From assembly GCA_049691175.1 (NCBI GenBank), contig JBAVNP010000015.1, positions 1 through 58,468 of the forward strand: 58,468 nucleotides of DNA. Reading direction: 5' to 3'. The position numbers were made by a program, and so were the translations under genes. The stretch's first letter is position 1; each line of letters starts with the position of its first letter. This stretch comes from Sedimentisphaerales bacterium (GTDB lineage: Bacteria > Planctomycetota > Phycisphaerae > Sedimentisphaerales > UBA12454). Below, piece after piece: positions 35,824-45,177 of the stretch. The notes beneath the pieces were generated by a model. It did no database searches and was not told the DNA's origin. It was given only the letters and a program-made list of their open reading frames with translations.

Positions 35824-36516
35824 ATGTCTGAAAATTATCCATCAGGCGCTGGTTTGCCGCAGGGCACAAAACAATGTCCCTATTGTGCCGAGATGATTAT
35901 GGCCGCGGCGATAAAGTGCCGCTACTGCGGCGAATTCCTGAATCGGCCCGTCAAATCGCCTGCCCAAAATCCTGAACAAAAGAATGCAGAAAAAGCAGAA
36001 CCTCTCTTTGAGGCCTCGCCTTCGATATGGGTACTTACCTGCAGTTTTCTTAAAACGGCTTTTTTACTTATCGTTATGTATTTTCTGGCGTTCTGGCCGG
36101 TAAATAAAATGCTTACAGATTTCAAACTTTCCGCAAACGCAATTGCCCTTACGGAAAAATACAGAACCATTATAGGAATTTCAATAATAGCCGCGGCGCT
36201 GCTGGTTCTTTTCTGTAAAATTATCAAACTTAAAAATATTCGCTACCGGGTAACTGCCGACAGGGTCGAGTGGGCAAGGGGCATTTTTGCAAAGCAAATA
36301 GACAATATTGATATGTTCCGCGTAATCGACCTGCGTTTATCCCAGAGTTTTTCCGATTCCCTGGTCGGCATAGGCACGGTTGTGCTGATTACGACTGACA
36401 AGAGCGACCCTGAATTCAGGTTTGAAAAAGTCCGCAGGCCAAAACAGCTTTACGACACAATTAAAAAGGCAAGTCTCGATGCCGATTCAAAACGCGGCGT
36501 TGTTCATCTCGAATAG
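35824..36516 (+). CDS. zinc-ribbon / bacterial PH (YdbT-like) domain membrane protein
   Basis: CPYCAEMIMAAAIKCRYCGEFLN head, two TM helices, then a bPH-like domain (YRVTADRVEWARGIFAKQIDNIDMFRVIDL). Confidence 0.72.
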   Translation: MSENYPSGAGLPQGTKQCPYCAEMIMAAAIKCRYCGEFLNRPVKSPAQNPEQKNAEKAEPLFEASPSIWVLTCSFLKTAFLLIVMYFLAFWPVNKMLTDFKLSANAIALTEKYRTIIGISIIAAALLVLFCKIIKLKNIRYRVTADRVEWARGIFAKQIDNIDMFRVIDLRLSQSFSDSLVGIGTVVLITTDKSDPEFRFEKVRRPKQLYDTIKKASLDADSKRGVVHLE

Positions 36517-36520
36517 GCAG

Positions 36521-36608
36521 GAAATAAGGAAGTAAGGATTTAAGGAAGTAAGGAACGGCTTTGCCTGTTTTCCTTACTTCTTTACCTCTTTACTTCCTTA
36601 CTTCATTT
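36521..36608. repeat. long imperfect palindrome built of GGAAGTAAGGA-type words (probable terminator)
   Basis: Left arm 36521-36555, right arm 36570-36608. A related single arm occurs at 19704-19752. Confidence 0.6.
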
Positions 36609-36679
36609 TATCGACTAAACAAACTATTGTATTTCTACCATTTCTGCGGTAAATTGTTTTAATTCGAAAGTTAAGTCCT

Positions 36680-36753
36680 GCGCCCGTAGCTCAATTGGAT
36701 AGAGTTGCGGACTTCGAATCCGTAGGTTGCAGGTTCGAGTCCTGCCGGGCGCG
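36680..36753 (+). tRNA. tRNA-Arg (anticodon TCG)
   Basis: Cloverleaf folded by hand: acceptor GCGCCCG/CGGGCGC, D arm GCTC/GAGT, anticodon stem GCGGA/TCCGT with loop CTTCGAA, T arm GCAGG-TTCGAGT-CCTGC. No encoded CCA. Confidence 0.9.
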
Positions 36754-36774
36754 TTAATTTTAAAGGATAAAACT

Positions 36775-37218
36775 ATGGATCAAATTCCGCCGGTTGTTCT
36801 ATCGACTATAGTTTGCGAACGGGTGCTGCTCGATGCGCCGACTAAAACCTCAAGCGTAATTGGAATAATAGACAGAATTTTAGCACCGCAATACCCGATG
36901 AGATTTCCGCGGCTGTTTTTCTTCGCTGAAATGACCAACGGCCGCGACACAACCGAAATTGAAGTCCGGCTTATCGATGAGCAGAACGATGAAAAAATTA
37001 TCGTCCGGCAAAAAGCTGCCGTTAAATTCCCGGATGTGAAAAGCATCGCATCAATTGTAATGGTCTTCGAGGGTCTTGTTTTCAGCCACCCCGGCGAATA
37101 CTGTTTCCAGCTCTTCGCAGCCGGACAAATCCTGACCTCAAGAAGACTGGTATGCCTGCTGGTTCACCAGCCGCCGATGAACAATAATGAACAAAAAAAT
37201 CCAAATACCCCAAAGTGA
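36775..37218 (+). CDS. hypothetical protein (147 aa)
   Basis: ATG at 36775, just after the tRNA; the track ORF start at 36727 lies inside the tRNA. No family recognised with confidence. Confidence 0.55.
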   Translation: MDQIPPVVLSTIVCERVLLDAPTKTSSVIGIIDRILAPQYPMRFPRLFFFAEMTNGRDTTEIEVRLIDEQNDEKIIVRQKAAVKFPDVKSIASIVMVFEGLVFSHPGEYCFQLFAAGQILTSRRLVCLLVHQPPMNNNEQKNPNTPK

Positions 37219-37597
37219 GCTTGTATTCAAGGCCAGCCGAAGTTCCGGCCCCGGCGGACAGAATATAAATAAACTCAATACCAAAGTCGCCGTTATCCTC
37301 GATATTGAAAACTGCTTCTGTTTAAACAGCGAGCAAAAGGAAATCATCCTCAAAAAACTCAGGTCTCGATTGACAAAAGATAACAGGCTGATTGTAGAAA
37401 GCCAGAAGTTCAGGACTCAAAAGGCAAACCGTGATTATGCCGTTGAGAAACTGACGATTCTTTTAGAAAACGCACTTAAAAAACCGAAAACAAGAAGGCC
37501 CACAAAACCAACATTTACCGCTGTTGAAAAAAGATTAAAATCCAAAAAAACGAGAAGTCTTCTTAAGCAGCAGCGAAAGAAAATCATCGAGTATTGA
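37187..37597 (+). CDS. arfB: alternative ribosome-rescue factor / peptidyl-tRNA hydrolase ArfB
   Basis: GGQ motif (SGPGGQNINK) and a basic C-terminal tail. Confidence 0.88.
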   Translation: MNKKIQIPQSELVFKASRSSGPGGQNINKLNTKVAVILDIENCFCLNSEQKEIILKKLRSRLTKDNRLIVESQKFRTQKANRDYAVEKLTILLENALKKPKTRRPTKPTFTAVEKRLKSKKTRSLLKQQRKKIIEY

Positions 37598-37625
37598 AAT
37601 CTTTTGTCCACTTATAGCGGATTCG

Positions 37626-37895
37626 TTAGAAGGTTATCTCAAAACTCTCATAAGACGGGTCAAACTGGGCATGTTCTATCTGAACATCCCTCACTGAAAA
37701 GGTCTGCTGCAAATCGTCGATACAATTATCGATATCCTGCTGGTCGCCCTGAAGCAGCAATTCGACTTTGCCATCGGTGGTATTGCGGACAAAGCCCGTC
37801 AGCTCATAGCGATGGGCCACCTCTCTTGCCGTGAAGCGAAAGCCGACGCCCTGCACCCTGCCGCAAAAAAATATGTGTTTTGCTAAACAAGCCAT
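37626..37895 (-). CDS. acylphosphatase
   Basis: GRVQGVGFR motif and ...GFVRN..DG.VE. Start trimmed to the ATG at 37895. Confidence 0.85.
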   Translation of the reverse strand: MACLAKHIFFCGRVQGVGFRFTAREVAHRYELTGFVRNTTDGKVELLLQGDQQDIDNCIDDLQQTFSVRDVQIEHAQFDPSYESFEITF

Positions 37896-38079
37896 TGATT
37901 TTTCCTTTTGCTTTAGTATAATATGAACAACCTCTTTTGGCAATCGTATAGATATCCGCCAGTCCATCGGGGAAAATTACCAAAAAATAATAAGATATTC
38001 GCAGTTCAAAAATATCTTAAAATCGTTATAATAGTGAAACTTTAGATATTGCCGCGATGTATATGGCAGAGAGATTAAA

Positions 38080-39339
38080 ATGAAAATTTTAGATAAATCA
38101 ACAAAAAGGGAAGAGCAGATTTATCAGCTCACAACGCTGGTGGCCGGCGGTTTTGCGCTCACAGAAGTGCTGGATAAACTCGCAAGGGCCGCTGTAGAAA
38201 TTACCGGCGTCTCGGCCTGCTCAATAAGACTTTTAGACGACGAAACTGGCGAATTGAAAATGAGAAGCACCTTCGGCCTGAGCGAAGAATACAGGAACAA
38301 AGGCCCCGTAACAAAGGACGACCCCGTTATCAAAGCCGCTTTCGCAGGCCAGGCCGTCGTCATAGACAATATGGGGGACGATGACCGCGTAAAGTATAAA
38401 CAAGCCTCGAAAAAAGAAGGCATTGTCAGTCAGCTTACCGTAAAAATGGAATTCAAAAATAAACCCGTCGGTGTGCTGCGGCTGTATAGGCCGACATACG
38501 GCGGTTTTACGGAAAGTGATATCTCTCTTGCAAGGTCGGTAGCTTCGCAGTGCGCCGTGGCGATTACCAACGCAAAAAACTACGCAAGAGCTCTGCAGGG
38601 CGCACAGATGGCAGAGCAGGTGAGACTGGCAGGCATTATTCAGAGAAGAATGATACCGCAGACCGCCCCGAAAATGCCGCCGCTTGATATTGCTGCCGTA
38701 TATAAACCCTGCTTCGGCATCGGCGGAGACCTTTACGACTTTATAAAGCTCGATGAAGACAATCTTGTCGTTGCCATAGCCGATGTAATTGGAAAGGGAA
38801 TTCCGGCCGCTCTTATGATGAGCTCTTTCAGAGGTATGATACGCGCTTACGCCGACGGCGGACACAAAAGACATACCCTCGCGGAAATCATCCAGAAACT
38901 CAATGCTACTGCCTGCTATGAATGCAGAGACGGGGAATTTATCACCTTGTTCTACGCGATTATCAACACAAAAGCAAAAACCATCACTTACTGCAACTGC
39001 GGCCATGAACCAGCTCTGCTGCTCAGAGGCGGTAAAATACGAGAACTGAAAAAAGGAGGACTCGTGTTCGGCGTCTTAAAAAATGCCGTTTACGAAATAG
39101 AAACAATTGAGCTTAAAGCTGATGACCGTCTGTTGTTTTACACTGACGGCCTCATCGACGCCGTTAACTTCAGCGAGAAAACCTGGGGAGTGCAGAACCT
39201 CTATAAAACCTTCAGACAATACGCAGACGGCACAGCCCAGCAGATTGTTAATTATATACTTGCTTATAGAAGACGCTTTATCGGCCTTGCACGCCAGGCA
39301 GATGATACAAGTATTGTAGCCATAAGAGTTACAAAATAA
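38080..39339 (+). CDS. GAF-domain PP2C-type (SpoIIE/RsbU-like) serine phosphatase
   Basis: N-terminal GAF pattern. C-terminal SpoIIE-type PP2C (GGDLYDF, DVIGKGIPAAL, YTDGL, DDTSIVA). Confidence 0.88.
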   Translation: MKILDKSTKREEQIYQLTTLVAGGFALTEVLDKLARAAVEITGVSACSIRLLDDETGELKMRSTFGLSEEYRNKGPVTKDDPVIKAAFAGQAVVIDNMGDDDRVKYKQASKKEGIVSQLTVKMEFKNKPVGVLRLYRPTYGGFTESDISLARSVASQCAVAITNAKNYARALQGAQMAEQVRLAGIIQRRMIPQTAPKMPPLDIAAVYKPCFGIGGDLYDFIKLDEDNLVVAIADVIGKGIPAALMMSSFRGMIRAYADGGHKRHTLAEIIQKLNATACYECRDGEFITLFYAIINTKAKTITYCNCGHEPALLLRGGKIRELKKGGLVFGVLKNAVYEIETIELKADDRLLFYTDGLIDAVNFSEKTWGVQNLYKTFRQYADGTAQQIVNYILAYRRRFIGLARQADDTSIVAIRVTK

Positions 39340-39340
39340 A

Positions 39341-39443
39341 CCCCCACACCAATGTCTTGGCGTAGGGGAAAGTATTGAGGTAAAAAATGACAATGGACAT
39401 TTTTATTAAAAAAGCATTCGAAAATTTTACATTGGTGTGGGGG
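39341..39443 (+). repeat. 103-nt element with perfect 15-bp terminal inverted repeats, copy 2
   Basis: TIRs at 39341-39355 and 39429-39443. Begins 1 nt after the phosphatase stop and ends 3 nt before the cmk ATG. Confidence 0.85.
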
Positions 39444-39446
39444 TAA

Positions 39447-40118
39447 ATGCCTAAACTGATAATCACAATTGACGGCCCCGCGGGAAGCGGAAAAAGCACG
39501 ACAGCAAGACTGCTCGCCGAAAAAATCGACGCCGCCTTTCTCGATACCGGCGCAATGTATAGAGCCGTAACCCTCGCCGCTATGCAAAACCAGTTAGACC
39601 CGGCCAATGTTGAAACTGTCGAAAAGTTAATCGACAGCACTGATTTCAAATTTGAAATCACAAACAACCAAATGGCTGTAAAAATAAACAACAAAGATGT
39701 TACCGAACAAATAAGAGACCCGAAAGTTACGGAAAACGTGCGATTTATAGCATCGCAGCCGTCCTTGCGCAGCAGGCTCGTAAAAATGCAGCAAAATTTC
39801 GCTCAAAAATATCAAAAAATCGTAACCGAAGGCAGAGACCAGGGGACTGTTGTCTTTCCGGACGCAGATTATAAATTCTTTCTTACCGCCGACTCTGCCC
39901 GGCGGACAAAAAGACGGGCCGAAGAGCTAACCGAAAAAGGTCTTAAAGTTGACCTGACAAAACTCCGCAAAGAAATTGAAATCAGAGACACCGCCGACAA
40001 AAACAGGAACACCGGCCCTCTCGTGCCGGCCAAGGACGCTATAATTATAGATAATACGAACCTTACGCTTGAGCAGACCGTAAATGAAATCCTTAAAACC
40101 ATTAATAAAAACAGCTAA
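39447..40118 (+). CDS. cmk: cytidylate kinase
   Basis: IITIDGPAGSGKST P-loop and Cmk pattern. Conserved cmk...rpsA neighbourhood. Confidence 0.95.
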   Translation: MPKLIITIDGPAGSGKSTTARLLAEKIDAAFLDTGAMYRAVTLAAMQNQLDPANVETVEKLIDSTDFKFEITNNQMAVKINNKDVTEQIRDPKVTENVRFIASQPSLRSRLVKMQQNFAQKYQKIVTEGRDQGTVVFPDADYKFFLTADSARRTKRRAEELTEKGLKVDLTKLRKEIEIRDTADKNRNTGPLVPAKDAIIIDNTNLTLEQTVNEILKTINKNS

Positions 40119-40779
40119 AAAAATTATCAGCTATGCCTGGTATTTCACCTGGTGCTGGGCGTGCAGGTTTTTCTGCGTCCTGTTCTTTCAGCCCACTACG
40201 TCCGGTCTTGTAAATATTCCCAAAAAGGGCGGTTTTCTGCTGATATCCAATCACCAGAGTTTTCTTGACCCGATGTTCAACGCCACTCCGATACACCGGC
40301 AGTTATGCTACGTCGCCAGAGACACACTTTTTGAAATCCCTTTTTTCGGCAAATTCGTCCACTCGTTTAATGTCATACCAATAAAAAGAGGACAGGCCGA
40401 CATAGCCGCCATGAAAACCTTTCTCGAAAAACTCGAAGACAATTTCGGTCTTGTCCTGTATCCTGAGGGCACACGAACAAGCGACGGAAAAATCGCGGAA
40501 ATAAAGCCGGGCTTTTGCCTTTTGGCCCGCAGGGCAAATGTGCCTATTATCCCGTCGGTTATCGACGGCGGGTTTGAGAGCTGGCCGAGACACAGAAAAT
40601 TTTACAGACCCTATAAAGTCTTTGTTGTTTACGGAAAATCTATACCGCCGCAGACTATCGTTGAGATGGGCGACAGGAAATTTGCCAAACATCTGACCAG
40701 AATTCTCCGGGGTATGCAAACCGAACTTAAATTGAAGATCGGAAGAAAACCCTTTAATTATGAGGATGATAAAAAATGA
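40084..40779 (+). CDS. plsC: 1-acyl-sn-glycerol-3-phosphate acyltransferase
   Basis: NHQSFLDP (HX4D) and YPEGTRT motifs. Confidence 0.88.
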   Translation: MKSLKPLIKTAKKIISYAWYFTWCWACRFFCVLFFQPTTSGLVNIPKKGGFLLISNHQSFLDPMFNATPIHRQLCYVARDTLFEIPFFGKFVHSFNVIPIKRGQADIAAMKTFLEKLEDNFGLVLYPEGTRTSDGKIAEIKPGFCLLARRANVPIIPSVIDGGFESWPRHRKFYRPYKVFVVYGKSIPPQTIVEMGDRKFAKHLTRILRGMQTELKLKIGRKPFNYEDDKK

Positions 40780-40876
40780 ATCCCGTTAGACCTGGTTTAA
40801 ATTTATCTCGTTATTTAATTATGATGAAAAGCTGGAATATTCTATTCTGTTTAACAGAGAAAGGAGGTCTAACGGG

Positions 40877-41728
40877 ATGAAAGTCATAGTTGCGCAAGGC
40901 TGCGGGTTCTGTCCGGGAGTCAGAAACGCCATAAAAATCGCCCAGCAAACGCTGAAGAAAAGAAAAAACGTCTATAGCCTCGGCGAAATCATCCACAATA
41001 AAGACGTCGTCAGGCAGCTGGCCAGGGCAGGACTCAAAATTACTGAAAATATTGAACAGATTCTAAAAGGCACCGTTATCATTCGTTCGCACTGCGCCGG
41101 CCGGCAGCAGCTCAAACAAATCCGGAAAAAAGGCCTCTGTATCGTCGATGCCACCTGTGTGCTCGTAAAAAGAGTGCAAAAAATCGCCAAAATGCTCTAC
41201 GAGCAGGGATACAAAGTTGTCATTATCGGCGATAAAGGACATCCTGAAGTCCAGGCCGTTCTCGGCTCTGCACCGGATATATGCGTGGTAGGAAACAAAA
41301 CCGACATCAATAACCTCGGCAAAAATCGCAAATTTGGCATCATCTGCCAAACCACCCAGAGCCCCGAACATTTCGCTGAAATGATAGCCCAAATCGCCAA
41401 AACCAGCTTTTCTGAGCTGAAAATAATAAATACACTCTGCAAAGAGGCCATTAAAAGGCAGACCTGCGCTGTCCAGTTATGCAAACAGGTTGATATTATG
41501 TTCATCCTCGGCGGCCTGCATAGCGCAAATACCAGAAAACTCGCTGAGTTATGTAAAAAATACAATCCTAAAACCTTTCACTTGCAAAACTACAAAGAAC
41601 TTGATAAAAGTACTCTCTTTGGCAATAATACCGCAGGCGTAACGGCTGGTGCTTCTACGCCGCAATGGATTATCGACGACTTTATTGAAAATCTCCGGAG
41701 GTTTGACACCAGAAAAAAGAAAAGATAA
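40877..41728 (+). CDS. ispH: 4-hydroxy-3-methylbut-2-enyl diphosphate reductase
   Basis: IspH/LytB pattern with conserved Cys residues (GFCPGV, DATC) and SANT. Confidence 0.92.
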   Translation: MKVIVAQGCGFCPGVRNAIKIAQQTLKKRKNVYSLGEIIHNKDVVRQLARAGLKITENIEQILKGTVIIRSHCAGRQQLKQIRKKGLCIVDATCVLVKRVQKIAKMLYEQGYKVVIIGDKGHPEVQAVLGSAPDICVVGNKTDINNLGKNRKFGIICQTTQSPEHFAEMIAQIAKTSFSELKIINTLCKEAIKRQTCAVQLCKQVDIMFILGGLHSANTRKLAELCKKYNPKTFHLQNYKELDKSTLFGNNTAGVTAGASTPQWIIDDFIENLRRFDTRKKKR

Positions 41729-41878
41729 CAGACATTGCTGCTCAGGGAAAGATACGCATTGGCTGGTATGGTCAATGCGTTTTTATGTCGTTTGTTTAAA
41801 TGAGTGCTGATGCGTTTAAAGCGGATGTGGAGGACGCGTCAGCCGATTAAAGTACTCCACAAAAAGAAAGAAGGTTTT

Positions 41879-43663
41879 ATGGTTGACAGAAATATTGTTA
41901 GTAAACTGGGGTTTACTCCTGAGGAACTTGACTCTAAGGTAAATGAGCTTTTTGGGGAGACGGAAAGCAAACTCTTATCGGAAGCGATTGAAAAGAAGGT
42001 CGATGTTCTCTCGCCGGGAAATATCCTGAGCGGAAGAATCCTTCAGCAAATCGGCAGCGATGTAATCCTCGAAATCGGCTTAAAAAGCGAAGGCGTTGTT
42101 GACATTTCGGAATTTGACGACCCGCAGGAAGTTCAGCCGGGCAATGAAATAGAAGTGCTTATTGAGGAAGTCGATTCCGGCGGACTTATTCTGCTGAGCA
42201 AAAGAAAAGCCGATCGGATAAGGGGCTGGGAGCGTATCGTCTCCACGAAAAAGGAAGGAGACATTGTAAAAGGCGCTGTTGTTCGGAGAATCAAGGGCGG
42301 CCTGCTCGTCGATATCGGCGTGCCTGTTTTCCTGCCCGCTTCGCAGGTGGACATCAGAAAGCCCGGCGACATAAGCAGGTTTATCGGCCAGACCGTTGAG
42401 TGCGAAATACTGAAAATAGACACTGAAAATAAAAACATCGTCGTCTCAAGAAGAAAAATCATCGAAAAGGCAAGGGCCGCTGGCAAGGAAAAACTGCTCG
42501 CAGAAATAGAGGTCGGAAAGACAAGAAAAGGTATCGTCAAGAACATCGCCGACTTTGGTGTATTTGTTGACCTCGGCGGTCTCGACGGCCTGCTGCACAT
42601 ATCCGATTTAAGCTGGGGAAGAGTTTCACATCCGTCGGAAGTCGTCCGGCTTGATGAGGAAATCGAATGTGTTGTTATCGGCGTCGATAAGGAAAATGAA
42701 AAAGTTTCTCTCGGCCTGAAACAGAAAACTCAAAGCCCATGGGAAACCATCGAGACACGATACCCGATCGGCGCAAAAACAAAAGGCGCTGTAGTAAATG
42801 TTATGAACTACGGCATCTTTGTAAGGCTTGAAGAAGGCGTCGAAGGTCTTGTCCATATAAGTGAAATGAGCTGGACGAAGAAGATTAATTACCCCGGCGA
42901 CCTCTATAAAGTCGGTGATGAAGTAACGGTCATCATCCTCGAAGTCAACAGGGAAAAACAGGAAATATCGCTCGGCATCAAGCAGCTTGAAACTAATCCA
43001 TGGACGGTTGCTTCGCAGAAATATCCGGCGGGAACCATCGTTACCGTAAAGGTTACAAGTCTTACAAATTACGGCGCTTTTGTCGAAATCGAGCCGGGCA
43101 TTGACGGCCTGATTCACATATCCGACATAAGCTGGACGAAAAAATACAACCATCCCGGAGAAGCACTGCAGAAGGAACAAATGGTAAAATGTGTCGTCCT
43201 TGAAGTTGACGAGGAAAAACAGCGAATATCGCTGGGCATAAAGCAGCTTACCGAAGACCCCTGGGTGCACGCCATACCGGAAAAATATCTGCCGGGTCAA
43301 ATCGTCAAGGGAACTGTTACGAAAATAACCAATTTCGGTGTCTTTGTCGAGCTTGAGCCCGACCTTGAAGGACTGCTCCACATCTCTGAAATAGCCGACC
43401 ATAAAATCGACAGCCCGCAGGACATCGTAAAGCCTGCACAGGAAGTCGAGGTAAAAATCCTCAGGGTTGACAGCGATTCGAGAAAAATCGGCCTGTCTAT
43501 GCGAAGGGTTAAATGGGCTGAAGAGGACCAGAAACATTCCGCTGAAAAATCACAGCCGCAGCCCGTCGATTTGCAGCCGAGAAAAAGCGACTCGGACGGC
43601 CTTCAAATCCCGCCGATTGACACCCCGCAGGAACCGGAAGGCAGCACCGAAAAAACCGAATAA
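41879..43663 (+). CDS. rpsA: 30S ribosomal protein S1
   Basis: Six S1 repeats (..GVFV.L..G.EGL.HISE..). Start set to the ATG at 41879 behind an AGAAAGAAGG RBS. Confidence 0.95.
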   Translation: MVDRNIVSKLGFTPEELDSKVNELFGETESKLLSEAIEKKVDVLSPGNILSGRILQQIGSDVILEIGLKSEGVVDISEFDDPQEVQPGNEIEVLIEEVDSGGLILLSKRKADRIRGWERIVSTKKEGDIVKGAVVRRIKGGLLVDIGVPVFLPASQVDIRKPGDISRFIGQTVECEILKIDTENKNIVVSRRKIIEKARAAGKEKLLAEIEVGKTRKGIVKNIADFGVFVDLGGLDGLLHISDLSWGRVSHPSEVVRLDEEIECVVIGVDKENEKVSLGLKQKTQSPWETIETRYPIGAKTKGAVVNVMNYGIFVRLEEGVEGLVHISEMSWTKKINYPGDLYKVGDEVTVIILEVNREKQEISLGIKQLETNPWTVASQKYPAGTIVTVKVTSLTNYGAFVEIEPGIDGLIHISDISWTKKYNHPGEALQKEQMVKCVVLEVDEEKQRISLGIKQLTEDPWVHAIPEKYLPGQIVKGTVTKITNFGVFVELEPDLEGLLHISEIADHKIDSPQDIVKPAQEVEVKILRVDSDSRKIGLSMRRVKWAEEDQKHSAEKSQPQPVDLQPRKSDSDGLQIPPIDTPQEPEGSTEKTE

Positions 43664-43681
43664 ACAGCAATTCAAATGCTT

Positions 43682-43724
43682 AAAAGGCCGTCCTGATTTT
43701 ATCCGGACGGCCTTTTTGTTTCTT
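43682..43724 (+). terminator. rho-independent terminator after rpsA
   Basis: AAGGCCGTCC...GGACGGCCTT stem followed by TTTTTGTTT. Confidence 0.75.
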
Positions 43725-43800
43725 AACAGACTCCTGATTTTAGACGATATTACCACCGGAAAGAAATCTGTAGTTAAAGTCCTATAAATAGGAGCTGAAA

Positions 43801-44616
43801 ATGATAGTGTTCGACGAGACTATAAAGGATTACCTGACTGAAATTGACGCTGCGCCGCTTTTGACCTGGCAGCAGGAATGCGAGCTTGCTCAGCAGATTA
43901 TAGACCACGATGACCCGCTGGCCAGGGACCAGCTCGTAAGAAGCAATCTTAGATTGGTCGTCAGTATCGCAAAAAGATTCGCCACAGGCAAACTGCCGCT
44001 GGCCGACCTTATCGAGGAAGGCAATCTGGGACTTATCCGCGCGATTGATTCTTTCGACCCTACTGTCGGCGTCCGCTTCAGCACTTACGCCGCCTGGTGG
44101 ATAAAGCAGTGCATTAAGCGAGCGCTGCTGCTTGACTGCGGCCCGATATCCGTTCCGACATATATGGTTGAGCTTGTCAATCACTACAGACAGGTCGTCG
44201 CGGACCTGCAGTCAAACCTTTCAGACGCCCCTTCCGTTGAGCAGATAGCCGCGGAAATGAAACTGCCGGTTAAAAAAGTAACCGCTATAAAAGAAATTGT
44301 CGATTCCACAAACACACCCCTTCAGGCAGAACCCAAACATACAAATCAGAGCAGTGATGAAACAATGCCTCCCGCATCCTATCAGCTTCCAGGCGATGAA
44401 TTGACAAACGCCGAAGAGCTGCAAAAGACCGTCAAATTGCTCGACAGGCTCGATGAAAGAGAAGCTCAGGTGCTCAAACTGCGATTCGGAATCAACGGAA
44501 CAGAACCGTTGACTTTGAAGCAGATTGGTGCTAAACTTGGACTGACTCGTGAGAGAGTAAGACAGCTTCAGCAAGGCGCCTTAAAACAGCTTAACGAGCT
44601 TGTAAGCAGCGATTAA
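43801..44616 (+). CDS. sigma-70 family RNA polymerase sigma factor (regions 2-4)
   Basis: Region 2 (DLIEEGNLGLIRAIDSFDP..G.RFSTYAAWWIKQ) and region 4 HTH (TLKQIGAKLGLTRERVRQL). Confidence 0.88.
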   Translation: MIVFDETIKDYLTEIDAAPLLTWQQECELAQQIIDHDDPLARDQLVRSNLRLVVSIAKRFATGKLPLADLIEEGNLGLIRAIDSFDPTVGVRFSTYAAWWIKQCIKRALLLDCGPISVPTYMVELVNHYRQVVADLQSNLSDAPSVEQIAAEMKLPVKKVTAIKEIVDSTNTPLQAEPKHTNQSSDETMPPASYQLPGDELTNAEELQKTVKLLDRLDEREAQVLKLRFGINGTEPLTLKQIGAKLGLTRERVRQLQQGALKQLNELVSSD

Positions 44617-44629
44617 AATCGATGGTAAA

Positions 44630-45157
44630 TTGGAAAAGAGCAAATTAAATCTGACAGAATATATGCGCAGTATCCCCGACTGGCCGAAAAAGGGCATCCT
44701 GTTCAGGGATATTACACCGTTATTAGCCGACAAAGATGCCTTTTCCGCGGCCATCGAAATTATATCGGATAGGTATAAAGATAAAAAAATCGATTATGTC
44801 GCTGCGGTTGAAGCAAGAGGTTTCATCTTCGGTGCCGCTGTTGCCGCAAGGATCGGCGCCGGTTTTGTGCCTATTCGCAAAAAAGGCAAGCTCCCGTATA
44901 AAACAGAATCGGCAACTTACGGCCTTGAATATGGAAAAGATACTATCCAGGTCCACAGTGATGCCGTCAAAAAGGGTGCAAATGTGCTGATGGTTGACGA
45001 CTTACTGGCTACCGGCGGAACTATGGCCGCTGCCTGCAGCCTCATCGAAAAAATCGGAGGAAATGTAGCAGGCATTGCTTTTCTGGTTGAACTGAAAGAC
45101 CTTAATGGCAGAGAGAAATTGAAAAATTATGACATCTCGGTCGAAATCGTGTTTTAG
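44630..45157 (+). CDS. apt: adenine phosphoribosyltransferase
   Basis: PRPP-binding motif (VLMVDDLLATGGT) and Apt N-terminal pattern. TTG start. Confidence 0.92.
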   Translation: MEKSKLNLTEYMRSIPDWPKKGILFRDITPLLADKDAFSAAIEIISDRYKDKKIDYVAAVEARGFIFGAAVAARIGAGFVPIRKKGKLPYKTESATYGLEYGKDTIQVHSDAVKKGANVLMVDDLLATGGTMAAACSLIEKIGGNVAGIAFLVELKDLNGREKLKNYDISVEIVF

Positions 45158-45177
45158 TTTTTTCTTTATATCCCCTT

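Noticed and set aside
36727-36774. 5' extension of the ORF at 36727..37218, and possible integration of an island at the tRNA-Arg gene.
   Set aside because: The first 27 nt of the extension are the 3' part of the tRNA, so the ATG at 36775 is the plausible start. I found no integrase, no direct repeat of the tRNA 3' end and no compositional shift downstream. I make no island claim.
38080-44616. The GAF-PP2C phosphatase (38080), the sigma factor (43801) and the island STAS/GHKL protein (11978) forming one partner-switching system.
   Set aside because: The genes are tens of kilobases apart, in different operons and of different composition. Nothing in the sequence links them beyond domain-family analogy.
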